DNA of 64,000 nt from Chitinivibrionales bacterium (GCA_014728015.1 WJMI01000206.1:3266-67265); one strand, 5' to 3'. Positions 8,953 through 19,366 are shown, counted from the first letter of the stretch. A program made the numbers and translations. The notes: a model not told the origin generated them from the sequence alone.

Positions 8953-11220
8953 CTACAGCCCCATCACGTCGCCGAGCACTGTTGATGCTATTCCGCGGTA
9001 GGCGTGATCGAACCGAAGCGGAACACACGCCTGCATGTCCATTTCGTCGGTGCACTGGATCGCGCGGGGGTATACGCTGATCGTCGCGCCGGAGCGGGCA
9101 TACACCGGCATGCGTTCCAGGGGGCACGCGAGCGCGCGAATCCACACGGGACCGGCTGTGCATTCGCCGCTCCACAGGTCGATCCAGGTACCGCGCGGCA
9201 GGTACACGTCCCGCACGCCGCGAGAATTGAGTATCGGGGCCACGAGAAAGGTTTCGCCGAAGTAGTATTGATCATCGATATGCCAGCACACCGGATCGTC
9301 TTCGTGATGAAGCGCCAGGGCGCGAAACAGCGGGAAACCGGAACGTGCAGTTTCAGCGGCCTGCGCAACGATATAGGGAATAAGCGCGTAGCGGAGATGG
9401 AGCCATTTTCGCACGATATCGGCCACGGCGGGATATTCGTACGGCTCGCGCGGCGAGGTCCCGTGATAGCGCATGTGCGAAGTGAATACGCCGACCTGGG
9501 TCCAGCGTACATAGAGGTCGTCTTCGGGCCACGAGCTCATGAAATCGGGAAGCCCGTGGAAGCCGGGGACATCATGGCTCCAGAACGCGAAGCCGGACAG
9601 GCCGATGTGGATGCCCCCGCGAATTGTCGCCGCAAGCCCGTCCCAGGTGGACGCGCTGTCCCCGTTCCAGTGCACCGGATACCGCTGGGAGCCTGCCCAC
9701 GCGGGACGCGACCACGTGATCCCTTCGCCGGTCATCTCCGCCGTCTTCTCGAACGCGGCCTTCGGATAGAGCAGACCATACAGATTGTGCACGCGCTCAT
9801 AGGGCACGCCGCCGTACGGGCTGTCCGTTTCGATTTCTTCGCCGAAATCGGTCTTGACAACCGACACTCCCATTCTCAGGAGCGGTTCGAGGAGCGCTTT
9901 GTACCACTGGACCGCCCGCGGATTCATGAAGTCTATGAATCCGCGGTAATTGCCCTGGGAGCCGAATTCGGACCCCGTAGAAAATTTCTGTTCGGAGTAG
10001 GCCATAAGCCCTTGCTCGCGCGCCGGCTCAAACAGCTTGGTAGCCTGATCTATCCACGGCGCCTGCCATACCGAGGTGCGGATGCCTTTCGCGCGCATCT
10101 CCCGCATGAACCCTTCGGGATCAGGGAACCGCGCGGGGTCGAATTCCCAGTCGCACTGCCCGCGGAACCAGTGGCCGTCGATATGGATCACGTCGAAAGG
10201 GAACCTGCCGTCCCGCATTTTCCCCGCTGCCTCGCGGGCCTCGCCGGCCGTAGCATAGGTCATGCGTGACATCCACACGCCATACGACCACAGCGGGAGC
10301 TCCGGGGGAAAGCCCGTGATACAACGGTATCCGTACAGAATCCGTTCCAGCGAGCCGCCGCCGATGACAAACAGATCCAGCCAGGGCTCTTCGACCAGCC
10401 CCTGGGCGGCACGGGTGGATATGTCAGCCAGCGACAGCCGCGCATGTGCCGGGGTGCACATGAACAGCCCGTAGGGCCTGCTTGACACATAGAATGGCAC
10501 GTTTTTGTAGGCGCGGCGGTTATTCACGCCGAGGGCATCCTGGTTCTGCAGCACGAGCGTCCGGCCGGAAAGGTCCATCTTCGCGAAACGCTCGCCGGTT
10601 CCGGCGAACGCCTCGTCGTGCCGGGCGTGAAATGAGAACAGGCTCTTTACCGGTGCGCCGCCGCGCGCCGCATATCCCAGCGAAACCGATTCCAGCCGAT
10701 CGGGACAGAACGTATCGAACGCCATGAATGGGACCGCGGTATGCCCGTCGGGAAGTACTTCCGCGGCGAAATACGCGGGCGGCGGCGGGATTTTTTCCCG
10801 CCAGAAGCGTATCGGCTTTTCGCGGGTATCGACCCGCATTCGCACGCGCCCCTTTGCATCGAGGATGTCCCACCCGTGTTCGGCCGGGGCGGCCGAGAGC
10901 GGTTGCGCGGAGGCACCGGCCGGATGCGGCGCGAGCATGGGATTGTCCTGATCCGGAATCGGTTTGCCGTGAAACGCGATTGTCAACCTGACAATGGCAT
11001 CGCCGTATGCCCGTACCGTGAGCGTGTGCCGCGCCGGGGGTACGCTATCGTCGACCCAATAGGAATCGGGCTTGCGGGCCAGAAACGGAACGCCGACCCT
11101 GACCGTTCCGTCCGCGGTTTCGACAGTCTCGGCCCGCGAGGCGGTCCACAGCCGATCGCCGGATGCCTCGGGCGCATCCATGTCGAGCATGTCGGCCACA
11201 AAAGTATTGCGCGGCTTCAT
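8953..11220 (-). CDS. GH31 alpha-xylosidase / alpha-glucosidase
   Basis: ORF 8953..11340 trimmed to ATG 11220 (MKPRNTF...), downstream of the stop of the preceding gene at 11291. VVKTDFGEEI (nucleophile motif) and HWNGDSASTW (acid/base motif), as in YicI-type enzymes. Confidence 0.9.
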   Translation of the reverse strand: MKPRNTFVADMLDMDAPEASGDRLWTASRAETVETADGTVRVGVPFLARKPDSYWVDDSVPPARHTLTVRAYGDAIVRLTIAFHGKPIPDQDNPMLAPHPAGASAQPLSAAPAEHGWDILDAKGRVRMRVDTREKPIRFWREKIPPPPAYFAAEVLPDGHTAVPFMAFDTFCPDRLESVSLGYAARGGAPVKSLFSFHARHDEAFAGTGERFAKMDLSGRTLVLQNQDALGVNNRRAYKNVPFYVSSRPYGLFMCTPAHARLSLADISTRAAQGLVEEPWLDLFVIGGGSLERILYGYRCITGFPPELPLWSYGVWMSRMTYATAGEAREAAGKMRDGRFPFDVIHIDGHWFRGQCDWEFDPARFPDPEGFMREMRAKGIRTSVWQAPWIDQATKLFEPAREQGLMAYSEQKFSTGSEFGSQGNYRGFIDFMNPRAVQWYKALLEPLLRMGVSVVKTDFGEEIETDSPYGGVPYERVHNLYGLLYPKAAFEKTAEMTGEGITWSRPAWAGSQRYPVHWNGDSASTWDGLAATIRGGIHIGLSGFAFWSHDVPGFHGLPDFMSSWPEDDLYVRWTQVGVFTSHMRYHGTSPREPYEYPAVADIVRKWLHLRYALIPYIVAQAAETARSGFPLFRALALHHEDDPVCWHIDDQYYFGETFLVAPILNSRGVRDVYLPRGTWIDLWSGECTAGPVWIRALACPLERMPVYARSGATISVYPRAIQCTDEMDMQACVPLRFDHAYRGIASTVLGDVMGL

Positions 11221-11290
11221 TGCTTTCTGTCCTCTCTGTGCCCGCGGCGGCCCCCGGCCATCTCCCCGGTGAAGCGGAGAATGGACCGGC

Positions 11291-12967
11291 TCATCGTTTC
11301 CGCACGCTTTCCTTGATTCGCTGGATATGACCCCGGCCAAGTCCCTTGACCTCGCAGCCGAGATCGAAATACTGCCGGATATTTTCGTCGGAGAGAATGC
11401 CGAAGCAGTCCACCACGGCGAGCGGTCCGCCGGCCCACTTCACGACATCCCGCGGATTGAGACCGAGGTACGGGCCATGGGGCACGGCAAAGATGACCGC
11501 TTCCGCGCCCTTGAGCGACTTGGGCAGATCCTTGGCGACACGGATGCGTGTCAGATCGTCCTGTGCTCTGAAAAACCGCGCCCACGAATGCCCCGGCGCG
11601 GGATACACCTCCTGCTTCTCGAGTTCGTACCAGTGATCGACATACGGGTCATGCACGCGCATCTCGGCGCCCATTTCGGTGAGCTTGCGCACGACCATCT
11701 CGCTGCCGCTGTATCGCGTATCGCCGACATCCTGGCGATAGCTGGCGCCGCATACGAGCACGTTGGCACCGGCGATATACCGGCCCATGTTGCGCAGGGC
11801 ATCACGGGTGAGCTCGGCGACATGCAGGCCGCGCGTGTCATTGGTGTCTATCGCGGTCGGCGTGATCCGAAACACGCTGTCCCCGTCCTCGAACCCGAGA
11901 ATATGACGATAGGCCCAGTAGCCGAGGCCGCCGTCCTTGGGAAGGCAATATCCGCCAATGCCCGGGCCGGGGAAAATGATATTGCTGTGGGTGGGCCGCA
12001 TCTTTATCGCCTTGATAACCTTCATCAGGTCCACCCCATTGCGCTCGGCAAACAGGCTCCACTCGTTGAGGAACGCGAGAATAGTTGCGCGGTATGAGTT
12101 CTCGACAATCTTGGTTGTTTCAGACTCTATCGGCCTGTCCATGACCGTGAGCGGGAAATCGTCGGTGTTGAGAACCTGCCGAAGGAATTTTTCAACCCGT
12201 TTGCGCGCGCGTGCGGAGCATCCCGCGCATACTCGCCAGAAATCGCGGATACTGGCGACGTATTCCTTGCCGGGCATGACGCGTTCGAAACTGTGGGCGA
12301 GAAGCGGCTCGGCCTTGATCCCGCGCGCGGCAAACGCGCGCTTGAGAATCGGCCAGGCGACAAACTCAGTGGTGCCGGGCGCGACCGTCGTCTCGATAAG
12401 TACGAGGCAGTCCTTCTGGATCTTTTCGCCGATAGTGCGCATGGTCGCCTCAAGCGCCGCCATATCGGCTTCGCCCGAGCGCATGTTGCCGAGCTCCTGC
12501 TTGGTGTAGTCGCACTGGACATCCACGACAACACAGTCGGCGAGCCGCAGGCAATCGCTGTTATACGTGGCAATCAGGCTCTTCTTCTCTTTTACGCATC
12601 GGGCTATCATTTCGTCGACTTCCGGATCCTCGGCCTTGACCGGTGACACCCCTCGGTTCAGCAGGGGGATTTTCCAGAAGCTGCGGGTGCTGGGCCGCTG
12701 GCAACCGATGACAAACTTGGCGGGGCGGCCATTCTTGTCGGTGGTGTCGGCGACAATCGCCGCCATGACCGCGCCGACGAATCCCACGCCCATCACGACA
12801 ACAACTTCTTTCCCGTCTTTTCGCGCTTTCGCGGCCATCTTCTCGAGACGCCGGAATTCGGCGGCATACTGGCCTTTGGCCGGTACCTCAAATCGTTCTC
12901 CCGCGGGACTGACCGAAACGGGAGCATCGGGCTTGATGCGCGGGCGGGACGGTTTCCGTGGTGCCAT
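11291..12967 (-). CDS. nucleotide-sugar dehydrogenase (UDP-glucose/GDP-mannose dehydrogenase family)
   Basis: The ORF-track start at 12973 is TTG; ATG 12967 is preceded by GAAGGAGG. VVVVMGVGFVGAVMAA Rossmann motif, GPGIGGYCLPKDG catalytic-Cys motif. About 55-aa basic N-terminal extension. Confidence 0.85.
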   Translation of the reverse strand: MAPRKPSRPRIKPDAPVSVSPAGERFEVPAKGQYAAEFRRLEKMAAKARKDGKEVVVVMGVGFVGAVMAAIVADTTDKNGRPAKFVIGCQRPSTRSFWKIPLLNRGVSPVKAEDPEVDEMIARCVKEKKSLIATYNSDCLRLADCVVVDVQCDYTKQELGNMRSGEADMAALEATMRTIGEKIQKDCLVLIETTVAPGTTEFVAWPILKRAFAARGIKAEPLLAHSFERVMPGKEYVASIRDFWRVCAGCSARARKRVEKFLRQVLNTDDFPLTVMDRPIESETTKIVENSYRATILAFLNEWSLFAERNGVDLMKVIKAIKMRPTHSNIIFPGPGIGGYCLPKDGGLGYWAYRHILGFEDGDSVFRITPTAIDTNDTRGLHVAELTRDALRNMGRYIAGANVLVCGASYRQDVGDTRYSGSEMVVRKLTEMGAEMRVHDPYVDHWYELEKQEVYPAPGHSWARFFRAQDDLTRIRVAKDLPKSLKGAEAVIFAVPHGPYLGLNPRDVVKWAGGPLAVVDCFGILSDENIRQYFDLGCEVKGLGRGHIQRIKESVRKR

Positions 12968-13023
12968 GGGCAAAGCCTCCTTCAGGTGTTGAGCGGGGCG
13001 CCCTCGCGAAGCGCGAAGGCCGG

Positions 13024-14988
13024 CTACACGGGAGTGGCAAGCGCCGCCGTGTGCTGGTGCGTGTGTTTTGCGGTCATGAGTTTGACAAATGCGTTGCAGT
13101 CGGGCGTCTTCTCGAGATCGAGGGCCTCGACCGTGATCACCGTCTTGGGGGAGACCGGGGCGCCGTCGACCGTAATTGTAAGCGCATCGAAAAGGCTGGT
13201 CAGACGCCGCCGGACAACCTCCGCGCCTTTCGCATCAGTCATGGACAGGATGACCATCAGCAGGTTGTTGTCGAGAGAGCCGAGCGATCCGATCAGATCA
13301 AGGTCGCGCAGGGTGTTGTTCATGGTGTCGCACAAGCCCTGCAGGACCTGGCGGAGGCGTTCGCCCCCGGGTTCGACATACCCCGATGCCCCGGGGATCA
13401 GCGAGGAAATGCAGAGACACGACAGGGCGGTCTTGTACCGGCGATGGCGCTTTATCTCGCGGTCGAGAAAGACCCTGATACCTTTGGGCCCGAGCACGCC
13501 CTTGGGGAGCGCCCGGGGCTGTCTGGGTTGCGGCGCGGCCCCCTGGTCGGCAGCCTCGGCCGGCGCAGCGGTCTTCGCGGGCGCCAGGTCCTTGATCTGC
13601 GCCATCCCCTTGGCAATCAATCCGGAAAGACGTTCGCCCGAACTGCGAATGAGCTCGGCATCCGCGCCGCCCGATGCGACCTGGTTCATCAACGCTTCCT
13701 GCACATACGAAAGCGCATCCTGGACCGCCGAGACGTTTCGCGCGGTCTCGTCCTGCTTTCCCTTGAGCAGCAGCTCCGTGGTTATGCGATCGATGTATTC
13801 TCCCATGAGCGTCTGCAGCTGCTTGCCGTCCAAACCGATCATCGATTGTATTTCCGACGTAAGCAGGGCAAGCTGGACGACCGCTTCCGGATTTTTTTTG
13901 ATATCGTCAAGCACTTCACGGACCGATATCCCCGCCTTCTCGCTCGCCCCTTCCAGCAGGCCCGAAATCCCTTCTTCCCGCAGCTCGTCGGCCAGCTCTT
14001 CCATGAGCTTCAGGTAGTCGGCCTGACTCATACCTTCGGCCAGAAGCACTTCTTTCAGGTGCGGCAGCAGGCGTTTGAGGTCGGCGACATCAGGAAGGAG
14101 ACGCCGGATGATATGCGCCAGTCGCTGAACGGTCATGGTACCGGCTTGATACTCCTCGCGCACGATCCGGACAACCGCATCGAACGTCAGCTTCTCGGCC
14201 TTGCCGAGGGCCTCTTCATGTGACTTCGAGATTTGGCCCGATGCCCGCTCAATCCGCAGTTGCTCGGCGATATCCTTGTTGAGAGAGGAGAGCGCGGCAA
14301 CAAGTTCTTCTGAAGAGGCCGGGGCATCCGCGAGATCGGTGTCCACCAGGTTGCGGAGCTCGTTGATCCGCGCGCCAATGGTCGATGCAAGCTTTTCGTC
14401 CGGGGCGGGTGCCTTTGCGGCAATCGTGTTCAGGGTGTCCCGGTCGATCGGGACATCGAGACCCGGCATCATCCTGCTGGCGACTTTCCCCAGCGCTTCC
14501 TTGACCACTACTTGACCGTCAGTAATCCGCTGATAGCGGACCGTGTTCAGGCGGATGTGCCCGACATGCCGGCGCTCCAGATCGCGCACCATGGCATCCA
14601 CGTCGGGATACCTCTTGGGATCGTTAAGGACGTGCACAAGCTGGACCAGGTCGTCCTGTTCCACTCCCGCATCGAAGGCGATCGATTCGAGGTTCGCATC
14701 CGACATGCGGCTTATGAGCCGCTTGCCGAAGTTCCGGAGGTCAACGCGGACATCCTCGCAGAACAATGCCTGCTGGTGCAGGTAAAGGGCCACGGAGTTC
14801 CGCCCGGAAAGCGACTCGATAAGCGCCCGGTGAAGAGTCTGAAGGGCCTGCGTCGTCAAAGGATGATCGGCGCCGTAGAGCCCTACGTTGTTGAACGCCA
14901 CCCACAGATTGCGCGCAATCGAATCGGCCGTTTCCTGCGCCAGCTCGGGAAGCTTCTCATCGAATCCGTTCGGGTTGTCACCGTTCAT
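13024..14988 (-). CDS. signalling protein with a degenerate GGDEF-like C-terminal domain
   Basis: ORF 13024..15069 trimmed to ATG 14988 (MNGDNPNG...). The last ~148 aa follow GGDEF-domain architecture (FLDREIKRHRRYKTALSCLCISSL ... RDLDLIGSLGSLDNNLLMVILSMTDAKGAEVVRRRL), but the GGDEF signature reads GSLDNN (13264..13281). The N-terminal ~500 aa are helical and unrecognised. Confidence 0.6.
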   Translation of the reverse strand: MNGDNPNGFDEKLPELAQETADSIARNLWVAFNNVGLYGADHPLTTQALQTLHRALIESLSGRNSVALYLHQQALFCEDVRVDLRNFGKRLISRMSDANLESIAFDAGVEQDDLVQLVHVLNDPKRYPDVDAMVRDLERRHVGHIRLNTVRYQRITDGQVVVKEALGKVASRMMPGLDVPIDRDTLNTIAAKAPAPDEKLASTIGARINELRNLVDTDLADAPASSEELVAALSSLNKDIAEQLRIERASGQISKSHEEALGKAEKLTFDAVVRIVREEYQAGTMTVQRLAHIIRRLLPDVADLKRLLPHLKEVLLAEGMSQADYLKLMEELADELREEGISGLLEGASEKAGISVREVLDDIKKNPEAVVQLALLTSEIQSMIGLDGKQLQTLMGEYIDRITTELLLKGKQDETARNVSAVQDALSYVQEALMNQVASGGADAELIRSSGERLSGLIAKGMAQIKDLAPAKTAAPAEAADQGAAPQPRQPRALPKGVLGPKGIRVFLDREIKRHRRYKTALSCLCISSLIPGASGYVEPGGERLRQVLQGLCDTMNNTLRDLDLIGSLGSLDNNLLMVILSMTDAKGAEVVRRRLTSLFDALTITVDGAPVSPKTVITVEALDLEKTPDCNAFVKLMTAKHTHQHTAALATPV

Positions 14989-15020
14989 GCCGCGTGCTTT
15001 CTTTCCCCGCCACGCCGTGC

Positions 15021-15911
15021 CTACATGCCGGCACGATAGTTTTCCAGGGCCGCATCGAACTCCCGGCACGTCTGGTATCGCTTGCCGGCATCCGCGTGTA
15101 TTGCTTTCAGGAGTATCGCTTCGAGCTTTGGATCGATATTCGACGAAACCTCGGATGGCCTTTTCGTGAACACGGAATCGGGATCGCGGGACTTCCTGAC
15201 CAGAAGCCCCATCGGGTTGAACTCGACCAGCGGCAGGACGCCTACCAGTATCTTGTAGAACATCACGCCGACCGAATAGATGTCGGAGCGGGCATCGGTG
15301 GCTTCCTGTTCCTGCATTCTCTCGGGCGCCATGTATAAGGGGCTGCCGACAATCAGTCCTTTCTGGCGGATTTCGGCCTGTACGGTCCGGGCGATGCCGA
15401 AATCGGCGATCAACGGGCGCTGTGACCGGGCCTCCATGAGCGTGTTCGCGGGCTTGATATCCTGGTGGATAACTCCCTCGTCGTGGGCATAGCCGAGCGC
15501 GTCCAGCACCTGCCTGATAATCCGTATGCCGTCATCCAGCGGCAAGGTGCGCTTGGTGGGCAGCGGGTTTTTGAGCTTCTTCTCGATCATTGTCTCGAGA
15601 TCGTCTCCCTTGACAAGCTGCATCACCTGGTAGTAACAGTCGTCGGCTTCGCCCATCTCGAAAATCGGAATGATATTCGAATGGGTAAGGGCCGCGACCA
15701 TTTCCGCTTCCTGGTGGAAGAGCTGCCGCGACGTCTCGGTCGTGCCTTCTCCCTTGAGGAGGATTTTTACGGCCACCTGCCGCTTCAGCGTGCGCTGGAA
15801 ACCAATAAACACGACCCCGTTGGAGCCCTGCCCGAGCTTCTTAAGAAGCGTCACTGTTCCCAGGTCGCGCCCGACAAATCGATCGGCATCGATTTTAGCC
15901 TGATACTGCAT
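15021..15911 (-). CDS. Hanks-type serine/threonine protein kinase (kinase domain only)
   Basis: ORF 15021..15962 trimmed to ATG 15911. LGQGSNGVVF...VAVKIL (ATP site), HQDIKPANTLM (catalytic loop), DFGIAR, SPLYMAPE. Confidence 0.9.
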   Translation of the reverse strand: MQYQAKIDADRFVGRDLGTVTLLKKLGQGSNGVVFIGFQRTLKRQVAVKILLKGEGTTETSRQLFHQEAEMVAALTHSNIIPIFEMGEADDCYYQVMQLVKGDDLETMIEKKLKNPLPTKRTLPLDDGIRIIRQVLDALGYAHDEGVIHQDIKPANTLMEARSQRPLIADFGIARTVQAEIRQKGLIVGSPLYMAPERMQEQEATDARSDIYSVGVMFYKILVGVLPLVEFNPMGLLVRKSRDPDSVFTKRPSEVSSNIDPKLEAILLKAIHADAGKRYQTCREFDAALENYRAGM

Positions 15912-16061
15912 CCTGAATGGCGCCTCCACCGAAATCCGCGGATCACATGTCCCCGGCACCATGCGATGAAAAAGACCTTTTCAAAATACGCTTTGAGAAC
16001 GCCCGCGACTAAATAATATCGGCAGGCTCGATACAATCAGCGGGCGTGCCCGGGTGCCGGC

Positions 16062-17183
16062 CTAGTCGCGCGGCGGTATCCGGGATGCGACCAGGCGCCG
16101 CATGCGATCCATTTTCCTTTCCATATCTTCCGCCAGCGCGAACTGAACGCGACACCGGTCGAGGTTATGGGCCGGACGGGATACTCTGTAATACACATCG
16201 CCGAGAAGATAGTCGGTGAGGAAGCGTATGCCCTGCTCCAGCGTGAGTATTTTCGCGGACATGGCGAGCGCGTCCAATTCCGCCTGCCGCAGCAAACCGC
16301 CGGCTTCGCTTACAAATCCGGCGGCGATGTGCTCGAACAGGCCGAGATCCGCCCGGACCTTTGAGAGATCGCGCTCGTCCTCGGCCGCGGGATTCACCGC
16401 GCTCCGGCAGCAGTCCCCGAAATCGTGCATTGAAAGTCCCGGCATGACCGTGTCGAGGTCAATCACGCAGAGTCCTTTGCCCGTGCTGGTGTCGATAAGC
16501 ACGTTGTCCAGTTTGGTGTCATTGTGGACCACGCGCAGAGGAGCGTTGCTCGACGCGGCTATATCGGTGAGGAGCGCGCAGTCGGCATCCCGCGCCAGGG
16601 CAAAATCAATTTCGGGTCGCGCCTGCCCGGCTCGGCCGCACGGATCCGCCTCGACGGCCTCGACAAGGCGGCCCATTCGCATCGGGGTGTTATGGAATCC
16701 CGGTATTGTCTCGTGCAGCTCCGCCGGATCGACGTCCGCCAGCATTCGCTGAAAACGCCCGAATGCCCGGGCCGCGTGGTATGCCTGATCTCTTTGTCCG
16801 GCAATGTTGCATGCCTGCGCCCCCTCGATAAACAGGAAAGTCCGCCAGTACTCGTTATGCCCATCGCGCAGCCATGCGGCGCCGTTGCCGGCGGGCACAA
16901 CGGTCAGGGTCTCGCGGTCCGGGTCGCCGCCTTCGGCCGCTATCTTCGCGCGCAGGTGGGCGGTTACGCGCGCGATGTTGGCCATGACCCTTTCCGGCGC
17001 CTCGAATACGAAACGGTTTATGCGCTGAAGAAGATAGGAACGGGGACGGGCCGGCGAGCCCGTCTGCACCTTGAACGTATCGTTGATATGGCCGCCGCCA
17101 AACGGCTCGATGCGGAGGATCTTCCCCTCGAGCGCAAACCCGGCTGCCACGGCGCCGGGATGAAGACGGGAACGGTCATTCAT
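16062..17183 (-). CDS. anomeric sugar kinase of the aminoglycoside-phosphotransferase fold (NahK/AmgK-like)
   Basis: ORF 16062..17777; its first ~198 codons overlap the upstream gene and are Arg-rich shadow. ATG 17183 forms an ATGA overlap with the upstream stop at 17180..17182. FGGGHINDTF, VVHNDTKLDNVLID, CVIDLDTV (Brenner and DxD motifs). Confidence 0.75.
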   Translation of the reverse strand: MNDRSRLHPGAVAAGFALEGKILRIEPFGGGHINDTFKVQTGSPARPRSYLLQRINRFVFEAPERVMANIARVTAHLRAKIAAEGGDPDRETLTVVPAGNGAAWLRDGHNEYWRTFLFIEGAQACNIAGQRDQAYHAARAFGRFQRMLADVDPAELHETIPGFHNTPMRMGRLVEAVEADPCGRAGQARPEIDFALARDADCALLTDIAASSNAPLRVVHNDTKLDNVLIDTSTGKGLCVIDLDTVMPGLSMHDFGDCCRSAVNPAAEDERDLSKVRADLGLFEHIAAGFVSEAGGLLRQAELDALAMSAKILTLEQGIRFLTDYLLGDVYYRVSRPAHNLDRCRVQFALAEDMERKMDRMRRLVASRIPPRD

Positions 17184-18094
17184 CCCCATACGTTCTCGGG
17201 GTACACGCCATTTTTGACGAGTTCGTGTATGGCTTCGCGGACAGCCTGCGTGTCTTCCCGGTAGGTCACCCCTCTCCAGCGATCGGCGGTGGGCAGGATT
17301 TTCACGCGGGCCTTTTTCTCCTCGATAAGCTGATTGACAACCGTGGGCAGAAAGAATTCCGCTTTCGGCTCGTTGATGTGGTCCTTGAGGAACAACGGGA
17401 AGCGGCGGCCGAGCTCGCCCATGAAAGCCGGCGTGAACCCGAACATGTTCATCGACACCAGGCTGTCCGCCGGAAGACGGACCCAGGTCCCATCGGCATC
17501 TTCGTACTGCGGTCCCCCGTCGAACGGACGAATCTTCGTGCGTTCCACAATCGTTTCGAGCGTGCCGTCGGATGCGGCCGTGCATATACCGCGCGCCACA
17601 TGGCCGTGTTCGGAGAGCGTGTTGACCAGGCGGTAGCCGACCATGCAGAAGTCGTATACGCCGTCGCGGTCGCGCGCTCCCAACAGATATTCGTACAGGT
17701 TTCTGAACGATTCTGCCCCGTAGAAATCGTCGGCGTTGATTACGGCGAACGGCGCATCGATTGCATCGCGCGCGCACAATATCGCGTGCCCCGTACCCCA
17801 GGGCTTGCTCCTCCCGCCCGGCGCCGCATACCCTTTAGGCAGCTTGTCAAGCTCCTGGAACGCATAGCCCATGTCGAACGTGCGCGCCACCCGTGCGCCG
17901 ATTCGGTCGTGAAACGCCTGTTCGATGTCCCGGCGGATGACAAACACCACCCGCCGGAAGCCGGCACGGTGCGCATCGAAGAGAGCGTAGTCCGTAAGAA
18001 TTTCGCCGCCGGGGCCGATCGGCTCGACCTGCTTGAGGCCGCCGTAGCGGCTGCCGATACCCGCGGCCATGACAACGAGCTGAGGATCTGACAT
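17180..18094 (-). CDS. sugar-1-phosphate nucleotidylyltransferase
   Basis: 304 aa. VVMAAGIGSRYGGLKQ (G-x-G-x-R P-loop of NTP_transferase), KPWGTGHAIL, INADDFYG. Confidence 0.8.
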   Translation of the reverse strand: MSDPQLVVMAAGIGSRYGGLKQVEPIGPGGEILTDYALFDAHRAGFRRVVFVIRRDIEQAFHDRIGARVARTFDMGYAFQELDKLPKGYAAPGGRSKPWGTGHAILCARDAIDAPFAVINADDFYGAESFRNLYEYLLGARDRDGVYDFCMVGYRLVNTLSEHGHVARGICTAASDGTLETIVERTKIRPFDGGPQYEDADGTWVRLPADSLVSMNMFGFTPAFMGELGRRFPLFLKDHINEPKAEFFLPTVVNQLIEEKKARVKILPTADRWRGVTYREDTQAVREAIHELVKNGVYPENVWG

Positions 18095-18190
18095 GTTCGC
18101 TCTGTCCGTCTATGAAAATGCTGCCGCGAAGTCACGAATCACGATGGGTAGATATGCGGCGGCAATGCTTGCGAATGTACGGCGACGTCG

Positions 18191-19366
18191 TCAGCTTTGC
18201 CCTGAGAAATACATTGCGAGTTCAGGATCGACCGGCGGGACGCTGAACGGGATGCCTCCCTGTCTCAGCGACATTGTCGCAAGATAGCCTGCGGCAACGC
18301 TGTTGCGCGCGGCAATGGGTGATGTTTTCACCGGGCCGCCGTTGCGAACGTACTCCACGAATTCCTGGACAATGCGGGGATCCGCGCCGCCATGACTTCC
18401 TTTCGCCCGCGGGATCTCCCACGCGATATCGCCGTTCTCTTTGAATTCCGATCGGGTATTCCAGACGCGGACCGAGCAGCGCCCGGGGGCATCGCCGAAA
18501 TTTTCCACCCGCCCCTCGGTGCCGATGATCGTATAGTTGCGCCATGCATCCGGGGTGAAATGGCATTGCTCGTACGACGCAAACACACCGTTGTCAAGCG
18601 CCAGGTTGACCAGGCTGATGTCTTCCACGTCGATGACCGGATTGAGGCCCTTCTGGGAAAGCGGCGGCCAGTTCTCCAATCGCCACGTCGTGTCGCCGCG
18701 CTCGGAAGAAGCATGGCGATCGGTGATGCGATCGTACAGGGTCAGGCCGCCGAGCGCGTTGACACGGGCCGTGCAGCCGCCGCAGAGCCAGTGGAGGATA
18801 TCGATGTCATGCGAGCCTTTCTGAAGCAGAAGCCCCGTGGACTTTGCGCGCTCCGCATGCCAGTCCTTGAAATACGCATCGCCGCCGTAGCCGATAAAAT
18901 GGCGGCACCATCCCGCCTTGACCTCGCCGATCATACCGCGGTCAATGACGTCTTTCATCTTCAGCACGAAATCCATGTGCCGCATGTTGTGCCCAACGTA
19001 GAGCTTCTGCCCGTTTTCGCGTGCCGCACGGAGGATGCGGTCGCATCCGTGAATCGTGGTAGCCATGGGCTTTTCGATATACACGGCCTTCTTCGCTTCG
19101 AGCGCGGCAACCGCGTGTTCTTCATGAAGGTAGTCGGGCGAGGTGACAAACACCGTGTCGACATCTTCGCGCGCGAGGAGTTCTCGGTAGTCGTGGGTGG
19201 TGAACGTATCCGGCCCGAACCGGTCGCGGAACCGCTTGAGCGCGATGTCCAGGATATCGGCACCCGCAACAAGCCGGACCCCGTTTTCGGGGTCGTGAGC
19301 GTAGTGGGCGAGCGCGCCGCGTCCGCCGGCGCCGATAACACCGATGTGTACACTGCTTCTGGACAT
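18191..19366 (-). CDS. Gfo/Idh/MocA family NAD(P)-dependent oxidoreductase
   Basis: ORF 18191..19465 trimmed to ATG 19366, preceded by GGGAGG. IGVIGAGGRG Rossmann motif; EKPMATT consensus. Confidence 0.85.
   Translation of the reverse strand: MSRSSVHIGVIGAGGRGALAHYAHDPENGVRLVAGADILDIALKRFRDRFGPDTFTTHDYRELLAREDVDTVFVTSPDYLHEEHAVAALEAKKAVYIEKPMATTIHGCDRILRAARENGQKLYVGHNMRHMDFVLKMKDVIDRGMIGEVKAGWCRHFIGYGGDAYFKDWHAERAKSTGLLLQKGSHDIDILHWLCGGCTARVNALGGLTLYDRITDRHASSERGDTTWRLENWPPLSQKGLNPVIDVEDISLVNLALDNGVFASYEQCHFTPDAWRNYTIIGTEGRVENFGDAPGRCSVRVWNTRSEFKENGDIAWEIPRAKGSHGGADPRIVQEFVEYVRNGGPVKTSPIAARNSVAAGYLATMSLRQGGIPFSVPPVDPELAMYFSGQS

Noticed and set aside
12958-14223. 421-aa and 343-aa plus-strand ORFs overlapping the GGDEF-like gene
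   Set aside because: Same shadow-ORF phenomenon. The sequences are low-complexity and Arg/Ser-rich with no SD box, and the opposite strand has coherent domain architecture.
17184-17777. N-terminal ~198 codons of ORF 16062..17777 (and likewise codons 1-146 of ORF 50223..51398)
   Set aside because: These extensions overlap the upstream genes (nucleotidyltransferase, SDR) out of frame and are Arg/Pro/Gly-rich. Internal ATGs forming ATGA stop/start overlaps give sensible proteins.
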